Assembly (NCBI GenBank): GCA_977020255.1
Contig: CDROCS010005513.1
Coordinates: forward strand, 1 to 64,000
Source: Obrimoposthia wandeli
Taxonomy: Eukaryota
DNA: 64,000 bases
Reading direction: 5' to 3'
Part shown: one piece after another, positions 21,371 through 32,433 of the stretch
How the letters are laid out: each line of letters starts with the position of its first letter
Numbering within the stretch: the stretch's first letter is position 1
Program-made: the position numbers and the translations under genes
Notes under the pieces: model-generated
What the model saw: only the letters and a program-made list of their open reading frames with translations
The model's database searches: none
What the model was told of the DNA's origin: nothing

Positions 21371-22867
21371 TCAGTCGTCAAACAAGGAATTTTTCTTTGT
21401 GCTTGAGCCAAACTCAGCAGCACCATTTTCAGAAGATCGAGTATCATCAAAGCCTAGTTCATTTTCTAGCGCCTCTTCTGCCAATCTTTCTTTTTCTAAT
21501 AGCTCTTTCTCTAACAGTTCTTGCTCTATTAACTCTTTTTCCAGACGCTCTTCTTCAAGGCGTTCTTCTTCCTGAGCTTCCTGCTCTAATAATTCTTTCT
21601 CGGCCTCAGCTTCCGCTAACAAAGCGGCCACTTCATCAGACTCTTCGCTAAGAGGCTGCTCTGGCATAACCTGCTCATCATAGGCTTGAGCAAATTGCTG
21701 TGAGAAATCATCATTTATTACTTCAACGTCACTACTTTCTTCAATCAGAGTTTTTTCTTCAAACTCGGATGAACCAGTACCCTGAGTTTGACGCTGTGAT
21801 TCTTCTTGCATCAACTGCTGCATCAATCGTTCTTGTTGCTGCAGTAGTGTTAACTCTTCTTCTGGTTGATCTTCGCCTAGCCTTTCATTACCCGCATTAC
21901 CCGTATTAATACCGGCTAAACGCGCTTGGTGATCGGCAATTTTATCGGCTAAATCTACAACCGAAGGACCATCTCCTGTTTCAGAAGACAATCTCTGCTG
22001 CGTTTTATTCGCCATTTCGGCAAACGAAGGCTGAGGCATTGCCGCAAATTTATCGGCTAGTTTTCTTTCCGTAATCGCTTCTTCAGCCAACCGTTCTTCT
22101 TCGGCTTTCGCTTCGCGTTCGGCTTCTCGATCGGCGGCTAATTCTGCTTCACTTGGTTTGTTGAAGACATTATCTTCAACCTGCTGCACCAGTCTTTGCG
22201 CTTCTTCTAATTCCAATTCTGTTTCCGCAAGAACTTCTTCCCCACGAATCGCAATATCACCTTCATTATCAAAATCGTATTCTCGCGTCGCGGACGCTTG
22301 TTTTTCGGCGTTGATGAAATCAAGATTCTGATTTGCATCATCGATCTCACGAATTTCAGCCAGACTCGGTAATTCATCCAAGCTTTTTAGACTAAAGTAA
22401 TCCAAGAATTCTTTTGTTGTCGCATACATTGCCGGACGCCCTGGGACATCCCGATGACCAACTACACGTACCCATTCTCGATCCAACAAAGTACGAATAA
22501 TTTGACTGCTTACCGCAACCCCACGCACATCTTCAATATCACCACGAGTAATAGGCTGTCGATAAGCAATCAACGACATCGTCTCGAGCAAGGCACGAGA
22601 ATAACGCTGCGGTTTTTCATCCCACAAACGGGTAACCCAAGGCGCAACATCTTTCCGTACTTGCAAACGATAACCTGAAGCGACTTCCACCAGCTCAATA
22701 CCTCGCCCGGTAAAATCTTCCATCAAGCTTTCTAAGGCTTCTTTAATCGCCGGGCTTTTAGGCTTGTCGTAATCATCAAATAATAACTGCAAGCGCTCTA
22801 TCGTGAGTACGTCACCACTGGCCATTAAGGCGGCTTCAACAATTTGCTTTAGCTTGATCAATTCCAT
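21371..22867 (-). CDS. scpB: SMC-Scp complex subunit ScpB with long acidic C-terminal extension
   Basis: VEAALMAS, GIELVEVASGYRLQV, LETMSLIAYRQPITRGDIEDVRGV, GRPAMYATTKEFLDYFSLKSLDELP, then ~300 aa Glu-rich tail. Confidence 0.92.
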   Translation of the reverse strand: MELIKLKQIVEAALMASGDVLTIERLQLLFDDYDKPKSPAIKEALESLMEDFTGRGIELVEVASGYRLQVRKDVAPWVTRLWDEKPQRYSRALLETMSLIAYRQPITRGDIEDVRGVAVSSQIIRTLLDREWVRVVGHRDVPGRPAMYATTKEFLDYFSLKSLDELPSLAEIREIDDANQNLDFINAEKQASATREYDFDNEGDIAIRGEEVLAETELELEEAQRLVQQVEDNVFNKPSEAELAADREAEREAKAEEERLAEEAITERKLADKFAAMPQPSFAEMANKTQQRLSSETGDGPSVVDLADKIADHQARLAGINTGNAGNERLGEDQPEEELTLLQQQERLMQQLMQEESQRQTQGTGSSEFEEKTLIEESSDVEVINDDFSQQFAQAYDEQVMPEQPLSEESDEVAALLAEAEAEKELLEQEAQEEERLEEERLEKELIEQELLEKELLEKERLAEEALENELGFDDTRSSENGAAEFGSSTKKNSLFDD

Positions 22868-22869
22868 CT

Positions 22870-23811
22870 TTATTGTGTAACCCTATTAATTTCAGCAGAG
22901 TCAAAGTCTGATTGATAATCGTCACTCAAAAGGCTCGATTCAATATGACCCGGGCCATCAACCCGTGCTTTCACATGAATTGGCCCTAATACTTCATGCT
23001 GCACTATGTCTAATAATGATTCTTTAATAAGTTCTAGCATCGCTAAGAACGTTACCACAACCCCAAGTCGACCTTCTTCTGGGGTAAATAAATCGCTGAA
23101 GTTTACGAAGTGTCCGCCTTTTAATGCAGCCAATATATTCGACATGCGCTCGCGCGTAGACAGCACCTCTTTTGCAACTTCGTGTTTTTCAAACATCTGC
23201 GCACGACGCATAATCGCACCCATGGCGAGCATGAGTTCTTTCATATCCACATCAGGATGAGCGCGTTGCTGAATTTTTTCTGGCGCGTCAACTTGGGCGA
23301 TAAAATTATCTCGACCCATGCGCGGCAGCTCTTCCATATCTTCTGCGGCTTTTTTAAAGCGTTCGTATTCTTGCAAGCGACGAATCAATTCAGCGCGAGG
23401 ATCACCCTCTTCCTCTTCTTCACTGTCTTTACTGCGGGGCAATAACATGCGGCTTTTAATTTCCGCCAGCATCGCCGCCATCACCAAATATTCACCCACC
23501 ATCTCAAGCTCCATAGACTCCATCAGGTCGATGTAGCCCATGTATTGAGTGGTGATTTCAAAAACATTCACTTCTAGAATATCGAGATTTTGCTTACGAA
23601 TAAGGTATAGCAGTAGATCGAGTGGACCTTCAAACTGTTCTAAAATAATTTCTAACGCATCCGGTGGAATGTATAAATCCATCGGCAGTTGCGTCATTGG
23701 CTGACCTTGAATAAGCGCAAACGGCATTTCGTGCTGACGAGCAGCAGGCACTTTACCCACAGGCATTTTACCTGCGGGTGCTTTCGTCACGAGAATCTTA
23801 GTAACAGTCAC
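22870..23811 (-). CDS. scpA: Segregation and condensation protein A (kleisin)
   Basis: FEGPLDLLLYLIRKQNLDI, YLVMAAMLAEIKSRMLLP, VVTFLAMLELIK. Confidence 0.93.
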   Translation of the reverse strand: MTVTKILVTKAPAGKMPVGKVPAARQHEMPFALIQGQPMTQLPMDLYIPPDALEIILEQFEGPLDLLLYLIRKQNLDILEVNVFEITTQYMGYIDLMESMELEMVGEYLVMAAMLAEIKSRMLLPRSKDSEEEEEGDPRAELIRRLQEYERFKKAAEDMEELPRMGRDNFIAQVDAPEKIQQRAHPDVDMKELMLAMGAIMRRAQMFEKHEVAKEVLSTRERMSNILAALKGGHFVNFSDLFTPEEGRLGVVVTFLAMLELIKESLLDIVQHEVLGPIHVKARVDGPGHIESSLLSDDYQSDFDSAEINRVTQ

Positions 23812-23819
23812 GAGAAAGT

Positions 23820-24842
23820 CTACTTCAAACCGTAAATGCCAACCGCCTGACGAACAGTGTCCATCATGCGCTGACTTTGGATGCGCGCTTTAGCGGCACC
23901 CTTTTGTAATTCTTCTTCAATGTCTTGTGGACGTGTCAATAAATCATTGTAACGCTCACGCGCTTCGCCTACTTCACCATTGATCAAGGCAAACAAACGC
24001 TTCTTGGCATCACCCCAACCAATGCCTTCGGCAAATGCCTGACGCATTTCTGCAACTTGCTCTTTATTGGCAAAGGCATTCCAAATTTGGAATACCGTAG
24101 AACCATCAGGATCTTTCGCTTCACCTGGCTCAAGCAAGTTAGTTTGAATTTTATTGATGTGTTTTTGCAGTTTCTTTTCTGTTAAGAACAAAGGAATAGT
24201 ATTACCGTAGCTCTTACTCATTTTACGACCGTCTAGGCCTTGTAAAATCGCAACGTCATCGCCTACTTCGTATTCTGGCAGAGTTAAGATAGGCTGTTTT
24301 TTGCTGGCGTAAATATGGTTAAAACGCTGAGCGATGTCGCGCGCCATTTCTACGTGCTGAATCTGGTCTTTGCCCACAGGCACTTTATTCGCACCAAACA
24401 TCACGATATCAGCTGCCATCAGCACAGGATAATTAAACAATCCCATGGTAATCGCTTTGTCAGCGTCCTCACCATTTTCAACATTGGCATCGACCGCGCC
24501 TTTATAAGCGTGGGCACGATTCATCAAACCTTTGCTGCAAACACAATTAAGCATCCAGGTAAGTTCAGGGATTTCACGAATATCGGATTGGCGATAAAAC
24601 ATAGTATTGTCGGTATCTAAACCCAGCGCTAGCCAAGTTGCCGCAATTTCCATAGTAGATTGGTGAACAAGCTTAGGATCTTGGCATTTGATCAAGGCAT
24701 GATAATCAGCCAAGAAGAAGAAGGAATCGATATTACTATTTTGGCTGGCTTCAATCGCAGGGCGAATAGCACCAACATAGTTACCAAGATGCGGAGTACC
24801 TGTGGTGGTAATTCCGGTTAAAACTCGTTGCTTGCTCATCAA
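23820..24842 (-). CDS. trpS: Tryptophan--tRNA ligase
   Basis: HIGH-like [24 protein letters not shown]. Confidence 0.95.
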   Translation of the reverse strand: MMSKQRVLTGITTTGTPHLGNYVGAIRPAIEASQNSNIDSFFFLADYHALIKCQDPKLVHQSTMEIAATWLALGLDTDNTMFYRQSDIREIPELTWMLNCVCSKGLMNRAHAYKGAVDANVENGEDADKAITMGLFNYPVLMAADIVMFGANKVPVGKDQIQHVEMARDIAQRFNHIYASKKQPILTLPEYEVGDDVAILQGLDGRKMSKSYGNTIPLFLTEKKLQKHINKIQTNLLEPGEAKDPDGSTVFQIWNAFANKEQVAEMRQAFAEGIGWGDAKKRLFALINGEVGEARERYNDLLTRPQDIEEELQKGAAKARIQSQRMMDTVRQAVGIYGLK

Positions 24843-25020
24843 ATGCTCACTTATACACGAATGCTGATCGCCGAATTTGTATCTAATTTAGATGGAGATA
24901 AAAGTGGCGGTAATAAAACCCGCCATCATACCTAAATTACGCTTCTAACTTAAGCGTTAAATTCAGCCTTGCAGTCATGTAATGGGCATTCATGAGCGAA
25001 TGATGATGGCTTGAAGAAGC

Positions 25021-25644
25021 CTATTCTAAGAAAGCCGCTGCATCGCCAACGCCTTGGCGCAATAAAACGACCTCATCATCGGTCAAATCCAGCACTGTGG
25101 TGGCTTCAAAGCCGCAGTAACCACCGTCGATCACAAGATCTAGGCTATGTTCTAGCATCTGACGTATTTCGTAAGGATCAGAAAGAGGCAACTCATCCCC
25201 CGGCATGATCAATGACGTCGACATTAGTGGTTCATTCAATTCTTCTAGAATGGCCTGTAAAATCGCATTATCAGGCACACGCATACCAATGGTTTTTTTC
25301 TTCGGCTGAATCAAACGCTTTGGCACTTCTTTGGTCGCATTCAGAATGAAGGTAAAGGCACCCGGCGTATGCTGTTTAAGTTGGCGATAGGTCGCGTTAT
25401 CCACTTTTGCATAGTTAGATAGCTCTGACAGGTCGCGGCACAATAATGTGTAGTTATGTTTTTCACTCAATTGACGCAAAGATCGCATGCGTTCCATGGC
25501 GGATTTATCACCGATATGACAAACCAGTACATAAGCACAGTCTGTCGGTAATACGGCTAGCCCGCCCTTTTGAATGATTTCAACCGCTTGCTTAACCAAT
25601 CGTGCCTGCGGATTTTCTGGGTGTATCTGAAAAAATTGGCTCAC
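25021..25644 (-). CDS. yciO: Sua5/YciO/YrdC family protein
   Basis: MSQFFQIHPENPQARL, PTDCAYVL, TPGAFTFIL, TIGMRVPD. Confidence 0.88.
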   Translation of the reverse strand: MSQFFQIHPENPQARLVKQAVEIIQKGGLAVLPTDCAYVLVCHIGDKSAMERMRSLRQLSEKHNYTLLCRDLSELSNYAKVDNATYRQLKQHTPGAFTFILNATKEVPKRLIQPKKKTIGMRVPDNAILQAILEELNEPLMSTSLIMPGDELPLSDPYEIRQMLEHSLDLVIDGGYCGFEATTVLDLTDDEVVLLRQGVGDAAAFLE

Positions 25645-25759
25645 AATTAATCCTTAATTACTCTTATTGGGTATTTTGATAAACGCCATAGTTTTAGTTT
25701 GGCACAGTATTGATTTTTTACCGCTATTTGCTTGCGCTCGGTATGGAATTCATCAGCGA

Positions 25760-26596
25760 TTAAAAGTTAGTCCACACACCCATAACTTCTTCAGGCTTAG
25801 GAAATGGTGGCATCACCCCTAAATCTAGGCCAAATTTATTCGGCCCATGAAAATCACTACCACAAGATCCTAATAAACCTTCATCCATGGCAATTTTTTT
25901 CAACTGACCTGACTGATTGCGATCCATCAAGCCGCAGCAAATTTCCATCGCTTGACCACCTGCATGCTGAAAAGCAGCCACACAATCCAATAACTTAGTG
26001 CGCGTCAAATTATAATGATGAGGGTGCGCCAATACCGCTTGGCCACCACTTTCAATAATCCACTTAACCACGGTTTCCATTTCTGGCCAGCCAGATTTCA
26101 CATCGCCGATCTTGCCCGCGCCTAAATATTTCTTAAAAGCCGTTTGGCGATCAGCTACCATGCCTTGTTCAACCATGTATTGAGCAAAATGCGGACGGCC
26201 AACTTCACCACCGGCTAATGCTTCGACCGCTGAAAAATCAATTTCACGCTGTAACTTTTTCTCTAACCGCTGCGCAATCGTATGGGCACGCTCACGGCGC
26301 ACCTCTGTCTGCGAACGCTCCGCTTCCACAATCACAGGATGGGTTGGATCCATATTCAAACCAACAACATGAATACCCATACCGCGCCACTGTGATGATA
26401 ATTCGATACCTGGAATTAAATTCAAACCACGCTCTTTGGCATAGTCTGCAACCTGACGATAACCCGCCATAGTATCGTGATCAGTAATGGCTAAAGTGCT
26501 TACATTTCGATCAATTGCGCGATCAATTAAAACCTCTGGAGCCAAGGCGCCATCGGATGCTGTGGTATGACAATGAAGGTCGATTTGCGAAGCCAT
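25760..26596 (-). CDS. PHP-domain nuclease (YciV/TrpH family)
   Basis: DLHCHTTASDG, AITDHDT, HVVGL, GRPHFA, LAHP, GSDFHG; divergent from yciB. Confidence 0.88.
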   Translation of the reverse strand: MASQIDLHCHTTASDGALAPEVLIDRAIDRNVSTLAITDHDTMAGYRQVADYAKERGLNLIPGIELSSQWRGMGIHVVGLNMDPTHPVIVEAERSQTEVRRERAHTIAQRLEKKLQREIDFSAVEALAGGEVGRPHFAQYMVEQGMVADRQTAFKKYLGAGKIGDVKSGWPEMETVVKWIIESGGQAVLAHPHHYNLTRTKLLDCVAAFQHAGGQAMEICCGLMDRNQSGQLKKIAMDEGLLGSCGSDFHGPNKFGLDLGVMPPFPKPEEVMGVWTNF

Positions 26597-26650
26597 AAGA
26601 ATTCCTCAATAATACCCCCCCATTGTATGCCCTAGGATATTGATCCACAA

Positions 26651-27262
26651 ATGAAGTTACTCATTGATTTTCTCCCAATCGTCATCTTTTTTATCGTTTA
26701 TAAAATGGCGCCACAGTGCATTGAAACGATCAGTCCGCTATTAAATGCTGATCAAATTCAATACCTCACCGACATGCCAGCGATCATATTAGCGACCGCC
26801 GTACTAATTCCAGCAACCATGCTGCAAATTTTATATACCAAGATATCCACGGGTAAAGTCGAAACCATGCACTTAGTAACGCTAGCCCTCGTTGTTACTA
26901 TGGGGGGTGCTACTGTTATCCTACAAGATAAGACCTTCATACAATGGAAACCTACCGTTGTTAACTGGCTGTTCGCAACGGCATTTTTAGGCAGTCGTTT
27001 TATTGGGAATAAAACAATATTAGAACGAATGATGGGCCAGAACCTGACATTGCCAGCAAACGCTTGGCACAACTTAAACTATGCTTGGGTCGCATTTTTT
27101 ACCTTTAGTGGTATCGCAAACCTATACGTTGCTTATAATTTCTCCGAAGATATCTGGGTAAACTTCAAGTTATTCGGTTTATTAGGCCTAACCATCGTAT
27201 TTATTATTGCTCAATCCTTTTATTTATATCGATTCATGAACCCAGAAGGCGAGGAAAAATAA
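26651..27262 (+). CDS. yciB: Intracellular septation / inner-membrane protein YciB
   Basis: [35 protein letters not shown]. Confidence 0.92.
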   Translation: MKLLIDFLPIVIFFIVYKMAPQCIETISPLLNADQIQYLTDMPAIILATAVLIPATMLQILYTKISTGKVETMHLVTLALVVTMGGATVILQDKTFIQWKPTVVNWLFATAFLGSRFIGNKTILERMMGQNLTLPANAWHNLNYAWVAFFTFSGIANLYVAYNFSEDIWVNFKLFGLLGLTIVFIIAQSFYLYRFMNPEGEEK

Positions 27263-27263
27263 T

Positions 27264-27563
27264 ATGTGGTACGCCATTATTAGCCAAGATGTAGAAAATA
27301 GTTTAGAAAAACGTTTATCTGCTCGCCCAGCGCATCTTGAACGCTTACAAATACTCAAAGACGAAGGCCGCTTATTAATTGCAGGCCCTCATCCAGCAAT
27401 CGATAGCGAAGATCCCGGCGCTGAAGGTTTTACTGGCAGCTTAGTCGTTGCAGAGTTCGACTCATTAATTGCTGCACAAGCTTGGGCTGATGCAGACCCT
27501 TATGTTGAAGCTGGGGTTTATTTGCACGTTATTGTTAAACCTTTTAAGAAAGTGCTGCCTTAA
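27264..27563 (+). CDS. yciI: YciI family protein
   Basis: [34 protein letters not shown]. Confidence 0.92.
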   Translation: MWYAIISQDVENSLEKRLSARPAHLERLQILKDEGRLLIAGPHPAIDSEDPGAEGFTGSLVVAEFDSLIAAQAWADADPYVEAGVYLHVIVKPFKKVLP

Positions 27564-27636
27564 CATTTACCGTAGAAACTACTACTATCAACCAACAACT
27601 AAAAATATAACGATATACGTTAAAAAGGTGACACGC

Positions 27637-28305
27637 GTGAAACAGTTATTCTGCATGGTTTTATTAACTCTACTGACCGCAACCAGCTACGCAGCGGTTG
27701 AAAAACGCTACGTCAGCGACAAATTATGGCTGCAATTACGCAGTGGACCAGGCACTGACTTTCGTATTTTAAAAGCGCTTCCTAGTGGCGAGCATTTGAT
27801 TTTTGGTGAGCAAACAGAAGATAAAAACTACACTAAAGTGACTACCGACAAAGGCGTAGAAGGTTGGGTACTGACTCGATTTTTAGAAGACGAACCTGTT
27901 GCTAAAGAAAAGTTGATTCTATCTCAGCGTGAACTGGTTAAAGTGAAAGCAGAGCTTGATACACTTAAACAACAAACCGAGATGCTCAGTGAAGAAAAGT
28001 CATCACTATCGGGGGATCATTCAAGCTTAACTCGCGAAAAGAAAGCCTTGGAAAAAGAGCTTAAACACATTACAGAAATATCAGCCAATGCACTGCAACT
28101 GGATAGCAAAAACACCAAGCTAACCAAACGTAACAAAGAGCTTGAGATTCAGCTAGAAACATTAACCGCTGATAATACTCGCCTTAAAGATAACAAAGAG
28201 CGCACCTTTATGATTATTGGTGGCGGCTTAATTATCTTTGGTATTTTCCTTGGTTTGGCTATTCCTGCAATGCGCGGTGGTCGTAAGGCGGCTAGCTGGT
28301 CTTAA
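27637..28305 (+). CDS. SH3-domain exported protein (YgiM/TIGR04211 type)
   Basis: GTG start at 27637 gives a signal peptide. YVSDKLWLQLRSGPG...GWVLTRFL SH3 domain, coiled coil, C-terminal TM helix. Confidence 0.85.
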   Translation: MKQLFCMVLLTLLTATSYAAVEKRYVSDKLWLQLRSGPGTDFRILKALPSGEHLIFGEQTEDKNYTKVTTDKGVEGWVLTRFLEDEPVAKEKLILSQRELVKVKAELDTLKQQTEMLSEEKSSLSGDHSSLTREKKALEKELKHITEISANALQLDSKNTKLTKRNKELEIQLETLTADNTRLKDNKERTFMIIGGGLIIFGIFLGLAIPAMRGGRKAASWS

Positions 28306-28365
28306 TTTAATCGCGTTATGTTATAAGCCTATTATTTTACAAACCGATTATTTTATACACTTATG

Positions 28366-28390
28366 TAGTAGTGCAGACTCTGCACTACTA
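28366..28390. promoter_or_regulatory. Perfect 25-bp palindrome (operator or hairpin)
   Basis: TAGTAGTGCAGA-C-TCTGCACTACTA, 86 bp upstream of the ATG at 28477. Confidence 0.5.
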
Positions 28391-28476
28391 ACAACTTAAA
28401 CAATTAGTGCGCTCGATCAATACTGGTACTTTAGTTGCTCGTTATTATCTCATCTATTTAAATAGAGATACTTCTG

Positions 28477-29322
28477 ATGCTAGCAATCAATAACTTCAAC
28501 ACGCGTATCCTTAAATATTGTTTTTGCTTTGTGATCGCACTGCCCTTTACTTCACAAGCAAATACAAACAATCAATCTATTGAAAACTCTAATTCCGCCA
28601 CCTTAATTTCTTATCTGTCCGATGGCGCTGCCATAAACAAAGCTGGTCGCCAGCGAATGCTAAGCGAACGCATTGTTAAAGCGTACATCCAATTAAGCAT
28701 GGAAGTTGACATGCAAAAAGCCCAGCAACAATTCACCGATGCCCAAAAACTGTTTAAGCATCAACTACTAGAACTTAAAAATTATGCACCAACCGATAAA
28801 ATTTCGCATAATCTTGATGCAGTAGAAGCACAATGGCAAAAAGTCAGCACGATTATTAATAAAGCCCCCACGGTTGAAATGATTCCTCTACTAATCCCTC
28901 TTGGAGAAGACTTGGTAACGCGTTGCCATCAAGTTGTTTTAGATATTGAACATTTCTCAGGCAACTCTAGCGCCGCTTTAGTAAATACCTCGGGTCGCCA
29001 AAGAATGCTCAGTCAGCGAATGGCTAAATATTACTTTGCACACCTCGCAGGCCAGCGAGAAAGTACAACGATTGAGCATTTTGAAACCAGCTTGGCTGAA
29101 TTCGAGCAAGGATTAACAACATTAACCCACGCTCCTGAAAACTCTGTGGAGATCAGTCGAGCATTAAATAAAGTGAAAGCTCAATTAACATTCGCCAAGT
29201 CAGGTTTTAAAGGATTAAAAGAAGGTAACTATACTCCCCACGTCATCTCGCGTACGACCGAAAGCATGCTGAAACGCATGGAAAATATTACGCAAGAATA
29301 CCAGAGCCTACATGACAAATGA
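28477..29322 (+). CDS. Exported protein with two PilJ/NarX-like sensor domains and no output domain
   Basis: Signal peptide; AINKAGRQRMLSERI and LVNTSGRQRMLSQRM are two P-box-like motifs. No TM, HAMP or kinase follows. Confidence 0.8.
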   Translation: MLAINNFNTRILKYCFCFVIALPFTSQANTNNQSIENSNSATLISYLSDGAAINKAGRQRMLSERIVKAYIQLSMEVDMQKAQQQFTDAQKLFKHQLLELKNYAPTDKISHNLDAVEAQWQKVSTIINKAPTVEMIPLLIPLGEDLVTRCHQVVLDIEHFSGNSSAALVNTSGRQRMLSQRMAKYYFAHLAGQRESTTIEHFETSLAEFEQGLTTLTHAPENSVEISRALNKVKAQLTFAKSGFKGLKEGNYTPHVISRTTESMLKRMENITQEYQSLHDK

Positions 29323-29497
29323 GCTGCGCTCTAAACAAGGGTGCTAAACAGGAAGCTGAACTAACCACGATGAGACCGTTAACTCATTTCAAATTTTTAC
29401 ATCTTTAACAACGACTAGGCAGTGCACTCCGTTCAGATCTCTATTATGATGTTTGGCAACTTACAACATCCATAATTAACCACTGGAGATCTGAGCT

Positions 29498-30112
29498 ATG
29501 CGCTCTATCACTCTGGCTTTTAGCCTACTATTAACCTTATCTTTTTCTACCCAAGCCGAAGTCACTGCAACACCCGTTGCGGCCAAGCAAGCGGAATCTC
29601 AAGTAGCAAAGACTATCGACCTTGTCATTGAAACGACTATGGGTAAGATCGAAGTAGAACTGAATGCCGAACTGGCCCCCATTTCAGTTGCCAACTTCAT
29701 GCAGTACGTAGACAGCGGTTATTATGACGGCACTATTTTTCACCGCGTTATTAATAACTTCATGGTACAAGGTGGTGGCTTCGATAAATTCATGCAGAAG
29801 AAAACCACATTACCGACGATTAAAAACGAAGCAAAAAATGGTTTGAAAAATGACCGCGGTACTCTGGCAATGGCTCGTACTGGGGTTGTTGATAGTGCCT
29901 CTAGCCAATTCTTTATTAACCACAAAGATAATGACTTTTTAAACCACGGCGGCCGTGATTATGGCTACGCCGTTTTTGGCAAGGTAACAAAAGGAATGGA
30001 TGTTGTTGACGCCATTGCTCGTGTACAAACTAAAGCAGGCGATGTTCCAGTTAACCCTGTTGCAATTAAGACAGTACGGTTAAAAGAAGTGCCTGCACCA
30101 GAAGCTCAATAA
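29498..30112 (+). CDS. ppiA: Periplasmic cyclophilin-type peptidyl-prolyl isomerase
   Basis: Signal peptide, [36 protein letters not shown]. Confidence 0.9.
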   Translation: MRSITLAFSLLLTLSFSTQAEVTATPVAAKQAESQVAKTIDLVIETTMGKIEVELNAELAPISVANFMQYVDSGYYDGTIFHRVINNFMVQGGGFDKFMQKKTTLPTIKNEAKNGLKNDRGTLAMARTGVVDSASSQFFINHKDNDFLNHGGRDYGYAVFGKVTKGMDVVDAIARVQTKAGDVPVNPVAIKTVRLKEVPAPEAQ

Positions 30113-30134
30113 GTACGCAGCAGCAAGTACTCAT

Positions 30135-30184
30135 AGGCTCTATTGTGTTAATTAGCCGTTTGATTAACACAATAGAGCCTTTTT
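30135..30184 (+). terminator. Intrinsic terminator after ppiA
   Basis: AGGCTCTATTGTGTTAAT / ATTAACACAATAGAGCCT 18-bp stem followed by a T-run. Confidence 0.75.
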
Positions 30185-30258
30185 ATTACCCAGTTTATGC
30201 CCTCTCCCATACCACTATTCTTACGCTCAGGCTAAAATAGCCGTCTATTTTTATTTTC

Positions 30259-32433
30259 ATGAGCTGTCCGTTGAAAAAAATATCATCCCATCTATCTCCA
30301 TCAGATTCTGCATCAAGCTCAATGGCGCCTAACAGCCTGACTCAAGCTTCATTACGCCAAGCTAACCTCAATTGGGATGAGCTAGGGCAACCTAAATCTG
30401 AAGAGTTTGATGATTTTTATTTCAATACCGATAGTGGCATCGATGAAAGCCGCTATGTCTTTATCAACCCCAGTCAATTGCAGCAAAGATGGCAAGATCA
30501 CAAAGGCAGTTTTACTGTACTAGAAACAGGGTTTGGTACAGGACTGAATTTTATTTTGACTTGGCTTGAATGGATTAATTTCCAAAGTAATCAAAACCAA
30601 GCTATTACCGATAATCAAAATATAGGTCATGAAGAAAATACTGAGCCCACTAGCGATCAACATCAGCAGATTAGTAACCACTTACATTTTATTAGCATTG
30701 AAAAATTTCCTTTAGACAAAGCTCAAATAGCTCAAGCGCTAGCCCTGTTCCCACAATTAAATCACTTAACCGACCAACTTATTGCTGAATATCCGTTGCT
30801 GGTTAAAGGCTTTCATAGCCTGCAATTTAAAGATCAGAATATGACCCTAACATTAATCTTTGATGATGTTAGCGCTGCCCTGCCGCAGCTCAATGGTCCT
30901 ATTGATGCCTGGTATCTGGATGGCTTTGCTCCGGCTAAAAATCCAGATATGTGGACGGATGCACTCTACGCTTCTATGGCAAGATTAAGCCGATCTGAGA
31001 CCAGCCTTGCAACGTTTACCGCCGCAGGTGATGTTCGCCGTGGGTTGAGCGCGGCAGGGTTTAAGCTGAATAAAGTAACGGGCTTCGGTATGAAGCGCGA
31101 AATGATGCACGGCAAGTTTATTCAAAGCCAAGGACCACTCGCCAATCCATTAGATACGATAAAACCTTGGTTAAAGCCACCGACTAAAGCCATTACTCAT
31201 ATTGCCATCATAGGCGCTGGCATTGCAGGCTGCACAACGGCTTACGCCTTGGCACGCCGAGGCATTAAGGTAACCATCATTGATCAGCATGGTATTGCGA
31301 CGGAAGCCTCTGGCAATCCACAAGGTGCCATGTACGCCAAGTTAGCCGCAGGAGAAGCGACTCACAGCGATATTTATGTGCAAGGCTACTTGCAATCGCT
31401 GCGCTGGTTACACCAACAGTTAGCGCCTGGGGATGGCTGGGATAACTGCGGCCTAATACAACTGGCAAGCACAGAAAAAGAGGCCATGCGCCAACAAAAA
31501 TTTATTGAAAATACTCACTATCCAAAACAACTGCTGCACAGCTTAACCTCTGAAGAAGCATCAAAAATCAGCGGTCTGACCATGAATAACGGTGGCCTAT
31601 TTTTTCCTGAGGCAGGCTGGGTCAGCCCACTTCGCTTATGCCAACAGCTGGTTAAACATCCGCTTATTGAATTGCAGACAATGCCGATCGCGGAGTTAGT
31701 GCAAAAAGATAATGGCTGGCAATTAATTAGCACTAACGATAGTAATGAAGATAACGCCACTAATACCGAACGTACTTACAGTCATGTGGTGATTGCGTGT
31801 GCAAATCAAAGTCAAAAACTATTACCCAACTGCTATTTACCCACTAAATCAATTCGTGGCCAGCTCACTTATTTAGATAAAGATAAATGCGATCAGAAAA
31901 CGATAAATCTGAAAACTGTTTTATGCGGCAAAGGCTACATTGCGCCTGCAGATAATGGCAAATTTTGCTTAGGGGCTAGCTACAATATTAAAGATGACGA
32001 GACTCAAATGCGCTTGAGTGATCAGCAAAAGAACTTTGCCTATCTTGAAGATTTTGGAGAAGAGTTTCAGAATCTGCATCAAGAGCTTAAAAAGCAAGAT
32101 TCAACATTACTCCCCGGACGCACAGGGTTTCGCTGCACAACACCCGACTATTTACCCATGGTAGGCCCGCTAATCAACGACGAAGCCTTTGATACTGACT
32201 TCACCAGCATCCGTAAGAATCTAGCGCGCTACCCTAGGCAAGCGGCTAAATTTCATTCTGGGCTGTATTTAAACATTGGTCATGGCTCTCGTGGATTAAC
32301 ATCTGCGCCACTGTGTGCAGAGTTAATTGCGGCTTATATCTGTGAAGAGAATTTTCCGTTAGCAAAAGATCATGCAGAAGCATTGCTGCCAGCGCGTTTT
32401 TTCATTCGGGAGATGGTGCGCAACAAACGCTAG
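30259..32433 (+). CDS. mnmC: Bifunctional tRNA mnm5s2U34 synthesis protein (methyltransferase plus FAD oxidoreductase)
   Basis: ETGFGTGLNF, WYLDGFAPAKNPDMW, GFGMKREM, IIGAGIAG, ASGNPQG, GHGSRGL. Confidence 0.95.
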   Translation: MSCPLKKISSHLSPSDSASSSMAPNSLTQASLRQANLNWDELGQPKSEEFDDFYFNTDSGIDESRYVFINPSQLQQRWQDHKGSFTVLETGFGTGLNFILTWLEWINFQSNQNQAITDNQNIGHEENTEPTSDQHQQISNHLHFISIEKFPLDKAQIAQALALFPQLNHLTDQLIAEYPLLVKGFHSLQFKDQNMTLTLIFDDVSAALPQLNGPIDAWYLDGFAPAKNPDMWTDALYASMARLSRSETSLATFTAAGDVRRGLSAAGFKLNKVTGFGMKREMMHGKFIQSQGPLANPLDTIKPWLKPPTKAITHIAIIGAGIAGCTTAYALARRGIKVTIIDQHGIATEASGNPQGAMYAKLAAGEATHSDIYVQGYLQSLRWLHQQLAPGDGWDNCGLIQLASTEKEAMRQQKFIENTHYPKQLLHSLTSEEASKISGLTMNNGGLFFPEAGWVSPLRLCQQLVKHPLIELQTMPIAELVQKDNGWQLISTNDSNEDNATNTERTYSHVVIACANQSQKLLPNCYLPTKSIRGQLTYLDKDKCDQKTINLKTVLCGKGYIAPADNGKFCLGASYNIKDDETQMRLSDQQKNFAYLEDFGEEFQNLHQELKKQDSTLLPGRTGFRCTTPDYLPMVGPLINDEAFDTDFTSIRKNLARYPRQAAKFHSGLYLNIGHGSRGLTSAPLCAELIAAYICEENFPLAKDHAEALLPARFFIREMVRNKR

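Noticed and set aside
25699-25716. Sigma-54 promoter TGGCACAGTATTGAT upstream of yciO
   Set aside because: The -12 GC is absent at GG-N10; spacing does not fit.
27469-27636. Long N-terminal extension of the SH3 protein
   Set aside because: It overlaps yciI in another frame. The GTG at 27637 gives a proper signal peptide.
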